Source: a virus
Taxonomy: Duplodnaviria; Caudoviricetes
Virus record (IMG/VR): IMGVR_UViG_3300017785_007104
Location: 1 to 32,394 of that record
Length of the DNA stretch: 32,394 bases
Strand: one strand, 5' to 3'
Positions 10,081 to 19,642 of this stretch are shown in pieces. Position 1 is the first letter of the stretch, and the number at the start of each line of letters is the position of its first letter. Made by a program: the position numbers and the translations under genes. The notes under the pieces were generated by a model. It was given only the letters and a program-made list of their open reading frames with translations, did not search any database and was not told where the DNA came from.

Positions 10081-13000
10081 ATGGCTATAAACCCAGCTGA
10101 TTACAAAATACAGAATGGCCCTAGTATAGATGATCAGATATTGTCCGGTGAGGTTGCAGTACAATCTCTAACAGACCAAGATTATAATAATTACGAACAG
10201 GCTAATAATATTTATACACATTTTCCTACTGCAGTCAGAATAAAAACTGCCGTTGGTGGTGTGGTCTGGGTAACTGCCAATGCGGTAGATGTAATAGAAG
10301 CATACGAACGCGGAATATTAACTGGTGGTGTAAATGAAGCTGCTGCGGGTGGGGTAATACTTCGTGTGTTACCTACTATACTTCCACCACCCCCACGACA
10401 AGTAACTGTATTCGCACCAAACCCAGACACAGCGGAATTTGCAGAACCTATAGTACCAATATCAACGGTAACAATAGTCGCTCCAACAATAGAACCACAA
10501 ATCACATTACAAACTATACCACAAACACCGGAACAGATAAAAACAAATATACAAGAATTACAGAAACCAATTGAAAATCGAATTCCGTTGGTTGCACCAC
10601 TGACTGCTCCGACTCCCGGAGCACAATCTATTCAATTTGTAATTCGAGTAGAACAAGAAAATGTACAACTATCACAAACGGAATTACCGTTAAATATTAA
10701 TATTGCTCCGTATGATCCTGTGTTAGTACCATTGCGACAAGCAATGACTGACGCACTACAACAAAAAATTAGAAACATTGTACAAAATTTTTCTGATCCG
10801 GAAAGGTATCTAAAGACATTATTAAATTTTGGTGATGACATACAACGAATTTTAATTAATTGGAAACTAGATCCAAATGATAGTACTAAATTATTAGTTA
10901 AATTGTTGGAACCAATTGATTTGGATTTTGAAGTTGGACAGAATGTTTTAATTAGTAGAGAAGTCGCTAACACAATTGTTGATACCGTAAAGATTGAAAT
11001 TGCACCGCTGCAAGACACCAGTTTGTGGTTACGACCACTAAACAATGATTTAAAAGTATTAAATTCTGCTGCAAATATTTTACGAAATAAAAATCTAGAG
11101 AATATCGGTATCAGTGTAGAGGGCAGTGACGATACATACGGTAATTATAGTTTTGCTAATGAGATATTACGCCGTTGGTTTACGGATGATTATCGTTCAT
11201 CAGAATTAAACATAGATTATACGAATTATAATAATTTCGTAAAATTCAGTTCAGCAGAAGCACGATTGGCTGGTTTTAGACAACAACTACTACGATTGTA
11301 TGCACTAGAACAAAATTCTAGATATCTCGGGGGGTTTGCCGAAGATTCTATATTTGGAACAAACGCATTCTTAATTACAACACCAGTAACAATAAGCAGT
11401 CCATCGGCATCATATCCAAGCCCAACTACACTAGTTCCACCTAGTGGATCTCTGTTGATATCTACCGGATCCACGGTTACTATATTTTCTCCACCAGAGT
11501 TACCATCCTCATCTTTGTATCTGCGAGAAGGATCTAAGAAAGCAGCATTGGAAATGGAAGAAATTATTCGTGGGTTTGATGGATATGAACGATATTTGTT
11601 CTATGGATCGGGAAGTGCATATAGTGCGAGTGTATATTGGACAGACAATAATACCGAGTATAATATAGACGGTACTTGGCCTAAACGAGACAATGGAACA
11701 TTATATCTGCCAACAGAAACCGAAGCAATTAATTGGTATGCTACACAAAGTGTTATCGCAAACCGATACGATGAATTTAATCATCAAACAATGATAAATA
11801 GTATTCCATCATACTTGCAATCGGACACACAATCAGCAGAATTTATAACATTTACAAAATTAATTGGACATTTCTTTGATAATATACGATTGTATATTGA
11901 GAATTTTACAAAAATTTACGATAGAAATGTTAGTGCAACAGATGGATTGTCACAAGATTTAGTGTGGGAAGTATCAAAAGCATTTGGTTTGAATTTAATT
12001 AATCCACATGCAATGGACAGTTTATATAATTACATAACAGATTCTACCTCGTTGACTAAGCGTAGAGAACTAACTACTGAATTATTTAAACGATTCTTAC
12101 ATAACTCGTTATATTTAAATCGTATCAAAGGTTCTCGAACATCATTACAAGCACTATTAAATATCTTTGGACTAAACGAACAAATAGTAACCATACGAGA
12201 ATCTGACACACCAACTACAGGAAGTTTTGAAATATTTGATGAAGTTACAAATGCACTAAACTTTAATTCTGGATCCTACTTACAACTTCCACTATCATCG
12301 TCGTTCCGTGATATACACACCGTACAATTTAGATTTGCGTCAACAAACAAGCAAGTAACAACTCTAACTACCGGTGATAATTTATGGCATATGCGATTAA
12401 ACACGCATCCATCTGGTGCGTCATCGTTAGGTAAAATTGAAGTCACAAATAATATAGGGGAAGTACTATTAACTAGTAGTTATAGTAATTTCTTTAGTGG
12501 TGATTATTTTGATGTAATGTTACGATACAATACATCAAGTGTTAATCTCCAAGTTGCTAAATCAGATGGTGAGGAAATATTATATACATCGAGCATGCAC
12601 ACCACCGCATCATATTTACGAAATGCATTACCATTAACTTCGAACATGTATCTCGGTGGATCTGGTTCATTATCATTGAATAATTTTGATGGAACGGTTG
12701 ACGAAGTTCGTATTTGGGGTGAAGAAATAGAAAATGATAATTTCTTAGATCAAGCATTAAATCCGGGAAGTTTTGCTGGAAACGCATACTGGTCGGCTGC
12801 AGAAAATTTATATGTTCGTTTATCATTTCACAAACCACAAAATTTATCGTCTGGTAGTACAAGTAATGATACCCCGTATAAAAACAAAGATGGCGTATCA
12901 GATCCCACCAAACCGTTACTACCAAATTTAAGTAATATACTAGCATATGGGTTTACCAATCAACCAGCATTCCCATATCAAATGTCGCGTATTACTCGTC

Positions 13001-15069
13001 GTGTATATCAATATACGACGAATGGTGGTGCATCTGCATACGGAAGCAATAAAATTATTATTCAACCGCCGGCGATATTTAAAGAAACAACTCCGTTGGG
13101 TGAACCATTATTGAGTAGAACAAAAAGTATTGTTTCAATTGAAGAACGAAAACAACAACCACAATCTAAGAAATTTGTTGGGTTCTTTGTATCACCAACC
13201 GATGCAACAAATAATATAATTGTTCGTTCTTTGGGAAATTTCAATATTGCGGATGCAATAGGATATCCAGGAAATCAATTTAAAAATGCATATCCAAATC
13301 TAGAAGCATTTAAGTCGTATTATAATCAGTATTATAGTGTAGCAGTTAACATTCCACAGTTCGTCAGATTCTTTGATAAAATTTCTCCAGTATTATTTGA
13401 ACAAGCAAAAACATTAGTACCAGCAAAGACAACATTAGCTACTGGTATTATAATAGAACCTAATTTATTAGAACGGAAAAAAGTGTTATCTATTAAACCT
13501 ACTAAGTTTAGTGGAGCAAATACCAAACGAAACACAGCGGCAGTAAGTACATCACGAACAAGACACCGCGATATGGACATCACGGTGTCCACCGAAACAG
13601 ACATCAATATAAAATCGCAACAAACTGTAAATGCAGCATATACTGATATCTTGGCACTATACGACAATGCAAAAATAACTATTCTTTCCGCAGACACATT
13701 ACAACTCAACGGATCGATTGAACAACTACCAAGTAATTTATCGAACAGTGATTATAACACATTTGAAACAACGATATCATCGGTCAACAATTCAATACTC
13801 GTAGATGATTTGTTGAACGGATTACTTGACGGTGCGAAAGTACAGATGGTAAATGCTAAGGTTCTGGGTGATTACGCGATATATTCTGGTGATGCTATAG
13901 ATACGATAAACAAATCACAAGTAGTGTCATCGTATTTAACATACGAAGATACAATTGATATCGGTGAGATATTATCAACACAAAATAAAAATATAATACA
14001 AGCATCAATATTCGAGGAAATACCACCCAGAGCTGATTTTAGAGATTATGGTGTTATAAATTATTTTAATAAAACCAATGGTATTTATTATCTTGAACGA
14101 ACTCAAAAACAAATAGTTGGAAATAAACAATATAATTTTCTAACAGGATCTCAAGCTACATGGTCATTCGGTACTACATATAGTAAAAATGATGTAGTGA
14201 CTCAGCTGGGAGCAACGGGTGACGCAAAATACGGTAACAATAAATTGTATAGATTCGTATCACCCAACGCACCTACTGATTCATACAATTATCCGACGCT
14301 AGATAAAAATAATTGGGTACCTATTTTTTATGTTGGTCGGGCAGTACAAACTCCATACCGAGTAATATTCGACACATACAGTACACCAAGCATAGAAGAT
14401 CTACGAATTTTACCTTTAACTATCGTGGATATCAGTAGACCAATTAATGAACCAAAACGATACAATACAAGATTGCGAATTCAAGCAATATCAGCAAACA
14501 CTCGCTTGGTAGGTACCGTCCGACTACAGATTATAGCAGCGTTATTTTCTATACGAGCAAGTCAAGCAGATATACGAATTAGATTATATAGTACCAACGC
14601 CAACCGAAGTGCTGATTTTGACAGACCTGTTGGAATTGAACCTACTGGGGATCACGGAGTATTATTTGATTTTACTGTGACAAGTGACATACAAAATATT
14701 AATTATGGGCTTTTCCCCGAAGTTCGATTGGTAAATTCCGATGCTTCTCCAAACGCTTTGATTTATTATACCATAGATGAAGTGGGTGGAAATTTTATCA
14801 ATGATTTAAATATTGACTTCGGGTATTACGCTATAGAAACGGAATCAATTATTCCAAAGGGATATCTACAAAGACATTATAAGTTCTTTAGAGATAACCT
14901 GATATCGACAAAACGAAGAAATTACATAGGGTGTCTGCAAACACAGGATACTACCACAGACGGTCGTTCACCTGTAGAAGTCACCTCAACCGCTGGAACA
15001 TCAATCACGGTTTCCCCAAATATCTTGTTAGACGAAGAAAACTTGGGTGGAACCAACCTAAATGTGTAG
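10081..15069 (+). CDS. Large baseplate/tail protein (1662 aa) with a gpI-like wedge segment, a LamG/ConA-like domain and a putative CBM5/12-like module
   Basis: LVWEVSKAFG...IKGSRTSLQALLNIFG is gpI/wedge-like. MYLGG...FDGTVDEVRIWG is LamG-like. WSFGTTYSKNDVV...LYRF...P....NW is CBM5/12-like. AAGGA SD. Confidence 0.75.
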   Translation: MAINPADYKIQNGPSIDDQILSGEVAVQSLTDQDYNNYEQANNIYTHFPTAVRIKTAVGGVVWVTANAVDVIEAYERGILTGGVNEAAAGGVILRVLPTILPPPPRQVTVFAPNPDTAEFAEPIVPISTVTIVAPTIEPQITLQTIPQTPEQIKTNIQELQKPIENRIPLVAPLTAPTPGAQSIQFVIRVEQENVQLSQTELPLNINIAPYDPVLVPLRQAMTDALQQKIRNIVQNFSDPERYLKTLLNFGDDIQRILINWKLDPNDSTKLLVKLLEPIDLDFEVGQNVLISREVANTIVDTVKIEIAPLQDTSLWLRPLNNDLKVLNSAANILRNKNLENIGISVEGSDDTYGNYSFANEILRRWFTDDYRSSELNIDYTNYNNFVKFSSAEARLAGFRQQLLRLYALEQNSRYLGGFAEDSIFGTNAFLITTPVTISSPSASYPSPTTLVPPSGSLLISTGSTVTIFSPPELPSSSLYLREGSKKAALEMEEIIRGFDGYERYLFYGSGSAYSASVYWTDNNTEYNIDGTWPKRDNGTLYLPTETEAINWYATQSVIANRYDEFNHQTMINSIPSYLQSDTQSAEFITFTKLIGHFFDNIRLYIENFTKIYDRNVSATDGLSQDLVWEVSKAFGLNLINPHAMDSLYNYITDSTSLTKRRELTTELFKRFLHNSLYLNRIKGSRTSLQALLNIFGLNEQIVTIRESDTPTTGSFEIFDEVTNALNFNSGSYLQLPLSSSFRDIHTVQFRFASTNKQVTTLTTGDNLWHMRLNTHPSGASSLGKIEVTNNIGEVLLTSSYSNFFSGDYFDVMLRYNTSSVNLQVAKSDGEEILYTSSMHTTASYLRNALPLTSNMYLGGSGSLSLNNFDGTVDEVRIWGEEIENDNFLDQALNPGSFAGNAYWSAAENLYVRLSFHKPQNLSSGSTSNDTPYKNKDGVSDPTKPLLPNLSNILAYGFTNQPAFPYQMSRITRRVYQYTTNGGASAYGSNKIIIQPPAIFKETTPLGEPLLSRTKSIVSIEERKQQPQSKKFVGFFVSPTDATNNIIVRSLGNFNIADAIGYPGNQFKNAYPNLEAFKSYYNQYYSVAVNIPQFVRFFDKISPVLFEQAKTLVPAKTTLATGIIIEPNLLERKKVLSIKPTKFSGANTKRNTAAVSTSRTRHRDMDITVSTETDINIKSQQTVNAAYTDILALYDNAKITILSADTLQLNGSIEQLPSNLSNSDYNTFETTISSVNNSILVDDLLNGLLDGAKVQMVNAKVLGDYAIYSGDAIDTINKSQVVSSYLTYEDTIDIGEILSTQNKNIIQASIFEEIPPRADFRDYGVINYFNKTNGIYYLERTQKQIVGNKQYNFLTGSQATWSFGTTYSKNDVVTQLGATGDAKYGNNKLYRFVSPNAPTDSYNYPTLDKNNWVPIFYVGRAVQTPYRVIFDTYSTPSIEDLRILPLTIVDISRPINEPKRYNTRLRIQAISANTRLVGTVRLQIIAALFSIRASQADIRIRLYSTNANRSADFDRPVGIEPTGDHGVLFDFTVTSDIQNINYGLFPEVRLVNSDASPNALIYYTIDEVGGNFINDLNIDFGYYAIETESIIPKGYLQRHYKFFRDNLISTKRRNYIGCLQTQDTTTDGRSPVEVTSTAGTSITVSPNILLDEENLGGTNLNV

Positions 15070-15087
15070 TAAAAAGTATTTGTAACA

Positions 15088-15095
15088 TATTTATA
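15088..15095 (+). promoter_or_regulatory. TATTTATA intergenic motif, putative late promoter
   Basis: The same octamer occurs at 22817 and 30656. Each copy lies just after a stop codon and 26-31 nt before an ATG. Confidence 0.55.
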
Positions 15096-15126
15096 TTCGA
15101 CAACTTAAGTTAAAGGGGCAAAAACA

Positions 15127-15753
15127 ATGGGATATCTAAACAACTCAACTATCACTGTTGATGCGATATTGACCAAGAAAGGTAGAGAATTACTATCGAA
15201 AGGTCAAAGTCAATTCAACATCACACAGTTCGCTGTGGCCGATGATGAGGTAGATTATACATTATATACTACTTCACATCCACTCGGTTCTTCGTATTAC
15301 GGGTCAATTATCGAAAATATGCCCGTACTGGAAGCATCACCAGATGAAACACAATCTATGAGATACAAGTTAGTATCGTTGGATCGTGGTACAAAAGAAA
15401 TTCCAACAATTTCGTTGGGTGTTACGGGATACACATTAAATTATAATGACTCTGTAACGGTGAATCCAACAACCACCGCAGAACTCGCAACAGCTGGATA
15501 TACCGCAATCTTGTATGATGGAACCATTTCCACCATATCTACTGGTGCACCATTACCAACGGGTACAACTACACCATTCTTTACCGCGAATCAAGCTGTT
15601 TCGGCAAATGCTGTCGTGGTACAAGGATTTACATTTAATTTAACAGCAAAAGAATTAACAGTTGATCGTGTAACGCAACTTACAATTATCAATAATTTAA
15701 CAGGCGCAACCAAGACCGTAACTGTTACGGTTAAGGCCAAACCAACAGTATAA
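15127..15753 (+). CDS. Virion protein resembling the N-terminal part of the tail-collar fibre domain
   Basis: AILTKKGRELLSKG...ITQFAVADDE resembles LT..G...LA.....IT.FAVGDG of P2 gpH/DUF3751-type N-termini. The remainder is Thr-rich beta strand. Confidence 0.65.
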   Translation: MGYLNNSTITVDAILTKKGRELLSKGQSQFNITQFAVADDEVDYTLYTTSHPLGSSYYGSIIENMPVLEASPDETQSMRYKLVSLDRGTKEIPTISLGVTGYTLNYNDSVTVNPTTTAELATAGYTAILYDGTISTISTGAPLPTGTTTPFFTANQAVSANAVVVQGFTFNLTAKELTVDRVTQLTIINNLTGATKTVTVTVKAKPTV

Positions 15754-15767
15754 CAGAGGTTTGATAT

Positions 15768-16916
15768 ATGCCAATTCGTACATTTGTTCCCTTTAACATT
15801 GATGAAGATATCGTAGTGGCAAATCAAACCACTGTAACTACGGGTTTGTGGTCAGGAGACACGGGAAGTTTAACTTCATTTTTTTCCTCAAGTACACAAA
15901 TTTCTTCAAGTGGTGAGTATTATTTTGATATCTACGACAAAAGCCCATCTACCGATAGTACGGCGGAAGTTCAATTTGCCGTAGCATATGGTCATTCAAA
16001 CGGTGATGGTACGCCGACATTAGCTCAAGATGATTTGGCTAATTTATCAACCAAAGCAACCTATTTACAGTATAAGAATATTTTATTAGATCCGTCCGAT
16101 GATTTGTTCACATTCGGTAATTATAGTACACCTCATATCTATGTTATCAATATTGCTAGAAGTAGATTACGAGAACAGTTAGATCCTGGTAATTGGTTAA
16201 TAACCTTGTCAGGTTCAAACGGTGCATTTACTTTTATTGACGATAGTGGTCAAACACTAAGTGCAAAGTCCGCAACTGCAAAATCAGGCCGAGTATTTAA
16301 TGTAGTTTCTGGATCACTCACTGGTATAAGTGGGAGTACTGTCGTAACATCGGAATCCGTACAAGGTAAGGGATTTGGATTGGTTTATCCGGATTTGGGT
16401 ATCATTGTATTAAATCCAGATGCTATAATTCCAACGATTGGATTCTTGTCCGCGTCGGTAACGGGTTCTTCAACAGGTACCGGTAATGGTAACACGGAAG
16501 ATTATTTTTATTCCACGGCGGCAGGAAGTGCTGGAAAACCTTTCGCTCCATATACAGGATCAATCGCCGGAACTCTTACAGGAACTCCACGACCACAATA
16601 TAATCATGATGGATTAGTTCGATCACTTGTATTGGGTAAAGATTTTCAAGCTCGTTCTGCAGAAACTATTTCATCGACACATTATTTCGTTCGCTTAAGA
16701 AATAAAGATTTTAATTACTCAAATAATCCGACATTTTATAATAATACAAACGGACAAATCTTGAATGAAGATTTCGTACAAGATCCACATATATACGCAA
16801 CAACTGTTGGATTGTATAATAATTCGAAGGAATTACTGGCAGTAGCAAAAATGAGTCGTCCGTTGGAAAAGACATTTGACAAGGAAGCTCTCGTCAGAGT
16901 AAGATTGGATTTTTAA
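15768..16916 (+). CDS. Virion structural protein (382 aa)
   Basis: GAGGT SD. Ser/Gly/Thr-rich. C-terminal YATTVGLYNNSKELLAVAKMSRPLEK. Confidence 0.8.
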   Translation: MPIRTFVPFNIDEDIVVANQTTVTTGLWSGDTGSLTSFFSSSTQISSSGEYYFDIYDKSPSTDSTAEVQFAVAYGHSNGDGTPTLAQDDLANLSTKATYLQYKNILLDPSDDLFTFGNYSTPHIYVINIARSRLREQLDPGNWLITLSGSNGAFTFIDDSGQTLSAKSATAKSGRVFNVVSGSLTGISGSTVVTSESVQGKGFGLVYPDLGIIVLNPDAIIPTIGFLSASVTGSSTGTGNGNTEDYFYSTAAGSAGKPFAPYTGSIAGTLTGTPRPQYNHDGLVRSLVLGKDFQARSAETISSTHYFVRLRNKDFNYSNNPTFYNNTNGQILNEDFVQDPHIYATTVGLYNNSKELLAVAKMSRPLEKTFDKEALVRVRLDF

Positions 16917-16965
16917 TAACGAGTAATTTGTAAGTGTTAGTTATAAATAATATACGGGAGGTTCT

Positions 16966-17904
16966 ATGAGAGTTCTCAAACCTCTCGACCGTGATGGATA
17001 TTCGAAAGAACCATTTATCGCATATGCATCACAAAGTTATACAATAGTATCTGGAGCGGCGAATAATCCGCTCCAGGTATCTATTGATATCGCACATCAA
17101 CCACCGGAAAACTGGATAAGTTTTCAACAAAACGATTTTGATGTGGGATATATAAATGAATCGGGTGTATATGCATATCAGTTATTTACATTTTTAAATA
17201 CAAGTTTTTATTCATCAAAGTCATTTGTTGGATATGGTACTGAATCAGTTGCGGTTACAAAATTTACTCCGTCTGGTTCCTTATTTGTATTTAATTTAGC
17301 TAACGAAGCAATTGGTGACGGTGTAAAGGAATCAACATTTAGTATGCAAACTTCTGGATCATCTACTAAAATACTAGATGACGGGTATGGTAGATTATAT
17401 GTAAATAATGTGTCAAATGTAGTTGGAAATATTTTTTATAAACATGGTATTGCCGTAATAAAATCGAATGTCTCCGCAACAACACAATCCATATCAATCG
17501 GTGGATTGCAAATAAAAGAGTACATTCCCCTTGTAGTGGCATTTTCGTCATCAACCACAATTTATGAAAATAAAGTTGTTTGTAATATACAGCCAAATGA
17601 ATTTAACAGAAGTTATTATAATCCAAGTTTGAAGTTTTTTAACTCCATTACAGGATCATATGTCAGTGGAGCAACAACGGTTACATACACAGATTATGAA
17701 TTAAATTACAATCCATCGGCATCGGCAACAGCATCGTCTGGTGAATCGTTATATAATTTATTCGAATCTGGTTCAGTAACACCGTATATTACAACGATTG
17801 GTTTGTATAATGGTTATGAATTGGTTGCAGTAGCGAAATTAGCACAACCCATCCCGAGAACACTAAATGTTCCACAAACTTTTATTGTGAAGTTTGACAC
17901 ATAA
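16966..17904 (+). CDS. Virion structural protein, paralogue of 15768..16916
   Basis: GGGAGG SD. Shares DDxG, G.(I/V)(F)Y..GI.V, FN.S.NP and YITTIGLYN..ELVAVAKL..P with the preceding gene. Confidence 0.8.
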   Translation: MRVLKPLDRDGYSKEPFIAYASQSYTIVSGAANNPLQVSIDIAHQPPENWISFQQNDFDVGYINESGVYAYQLFTFLNTSFYSSKSFVGYGTESVAVTKFTPSGSLFVFNLANEAIGDGVKESTFSMQTSGSSTKILDDGYGRLYVNNVSNVVGNIFYKHGIAVIKSNVSATTQSISIGGLQIKEYIPLVVAFSSSTTIYENKVVCNIQPNEFNRSYYNPSLKFFNSITGSYVSGATTVTYTDYELNYNPSASATASSGESLYNLFESGSVTPYITTIGLYNGYELVAVAKLAQPIPRTLNVPQTFIVKFDT

Positions 17905-17917
17905 TGTGGAGAATAAT

Positions 17918-18331
17918 ATGTCCAAATTAGTAGAATTATTTGAAAGTAAAACAAAGTACGACCGATTGAATTCAATTCCTGGTGGTACGCAAAATTTTAG
18001 TGTTCGTTTACAATCAGATGTAGACGAAGTTAACAAACAAAAAAATGCTACAAATTTTGTAGATACCGCAAATAAATTTCAACAAGAATTTACTGTAAAT
18101 GAAGCAAAAAATTCATTGGCGGTGGACGGTATTTCGAAGGCAGCCGAAGCGGATTATACAAAATATACAGCAGATGCACTGTCCACTTATGAGAAACGCT
18201 CTGTAGATCCAAAATTAGCACAGTACGGATCAAAACTCATTCAGAAATATTTAGCTACTAAAGCAGAGACTCAGTTTAAAACTATAAATGAAGCAACATC
18301 TGGAATTAAACTGGTATACAATCCGGCATAA
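17918..18331 (+). CDS. Hypothetical protein (137 aa, starts MSKLVELFE)
   Basis: GGAG SD 6 nt before ATG 17918, preferred over the TTG start at 17894. Confidence 0.75.
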   Translation: MSKLVELFESKTKYDRLNSIPGGTQNFSVRLQSDVDEVNKQKNATNFVDTANKFQQEFTVNEAKNSLAVDGISKAAEADYTKYTADALSTYEKRSVDPKLAQYGSKLIQKYLATKAETQFKTINEATSGIKLVYNPA

Positions 18332-18350
18332 TATAAAATAAAGAGGTTAT

Positions 18351-18698
18351 ATGAAAACTAGGTCGGCAAAAAATAAAGGAAAACGCCTGCAGAATGCAAT
18401 TCGTGATCTTATACTAGAACATTTTCCGACATTAGAACCTGATGATGTCGTATCGACATTGATGGGGGATTCGGGAGCTGACATAAAATTATCGCCCGCT
18501 GCTCGGAAAATGTTTCCGTACTCACCAGAATGTAAAAATCAAGAAAAGGTTAATATTTGGTCAGCTTTACAACAAGCAGAAACCAATACCAAAGAAAATA
18601 CGCATCCCGTAGTTTTCTTTAAAAGAAATAATAGTAAAACATATGCTATTATAGAAGTAGACCATTTCTTTGAACTAACTAAACAAAAAGACACTTGA
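18351..18698 (+). CDS. Holliday-junction resolvase-like PD-(D/E)xK nuclease
   Basis: SAKNKGKRLQ...MGDSGADI...ECKNQE...PVVFFKRN follows the archaeal Hjc-like phage resolvase pattern. GAGGT SD. Confidence 0.8.
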   Translation: MKTRSAKNKGKRLQNAIRDLILEHFPTLEPDDVVSTLMGDSGADIKLSPAARKMFPYSPECKNQEKVNIWSALQQAETNTKENTHPVVFFKRNNSKTYAIIEVDHFFELTKQKDT

Positions 18699-18723
18699 CA
18701 TATCGAAGTAGAGAGGTTAGATT
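18695..18723 (+). promoter_or_regulatory. Sigma70-type promoter TTGACA-17 nt-TAGATT upstream of the primase
   Basis: Perfect -35 box at 18695-18700, exact 17-nt spacer, -10 TAGATT at 18718-18723. Confidence 0.65.
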
Positions 18724-18733
18724 TAGTATTACT

Positions 18734-19642
18734 ATGAATCTAATCTCTCTATTATCGCAAATACTCGGTGATTACAAAGAAATGGGCAAGGGGGAACATT
18801 ATTTCTCCTGTCCGTTTTGCCACCATCATAAGAAATTAGCAGTTAATAATATCAAAAATAAATGGAAATGTTGGATATGCGGAGCACGCGGAAATAAACT
18901 TATTAAATTATTTAAAAAATTAGATGTATCACCAACACAAATTAAAGAATTAAAAAAATATTTATCCGACGATGATATAAAAATCTATAGAGAAAATCCA
19001 GACGAAGTTGTATCGTTACAACTTCCGTATGAATATAAACCTCTCTGGAAACCAGTTAATACTTACGAATATAAACACGCAGTTAATTATTTAAAAAAGC
19101 GTGGTATTTCGGGATATGATATTATCCGTTACCGTATGGGATACTGTGAAACTGGACATTATGGTGGTCGTATTATTGTTCCTTCATACGATATTACTGG
19201 TAAGTTGAATTATTTTATTGCTCGGTCATATCACGATACTACCATGAAATACAAAAACCCACCAGTATCAAAGAATGTGGTGGTATTTGAAGAACAAATT
19301 AATTGGAATGAAGCAATTATATTAGTAGAAGGAGTATTCGACGCTATATCAGTTCGTCGTAATGCAATTCCAATGCTAGGGAAATTTTTACCAAAAAAAT
19401 TAGAAGTGAAACTACTTGAAAATCAAGTGAAGAATGTATATATTCTTCTTGATGATGATGCGCGAACAGAAGCATTACAATTAGAACAAAAATTGAAGGC
19501 ACACGGAATTAATGTGTCGCAAGTATCTGTTAGTGGTGGAGATGCGGCAGAACTGGGATTTCAAAAAACTTGGGAGTTTATTAATAATGCCCAGCAAACT
19601 ACCTTTAAGGACTTTATACAAAATAGGTTACAAAATACATGA
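18734..19642 (+). CDS. DnaG-type DNA primase (zinc-binding domain + TOPRIM)
   Basis: CPFCHHH...WKCWICG zinc finger, YLKKRG, GRIIVP, KYKNP, LVEGVFDA and LLDDDA motifs. ATG 18734 preferred over the TTG at 18695. Confidence 0.92.
   Translation: MNLISLLSQILGDYKEMGKGEHYFSCPFCHHHKKLAVNNIKNKWKCWICGARGNKLIKLFKKLDVSPTQIKELKKYLSDDDIKIYRENPDEVVSLQLPYEYKPLWKPVNTYEYKHAVNYLKKRGISGYDIIRYRMGYCETGHYGGRIIVPSYDITGKLNYFIARSYHDTTMKYKNPPVSKNVVVFEEQINWNEAIILVEGVFDAISVRRNAIPMLGKFLPKKLEVKLLENQVKNVYILLDDDARTEALQLEQKLKAHGINVSQVSVSGGDAAELGFQKTWEFINNAQQTTFKDFIQNRLQNT

Noticed and set aside
18695-18733. TTG start for the primase
   Set aside because: The TTG is part of the TTGACA -35 box. ATG 18734 gives a normal primase N-terminus.
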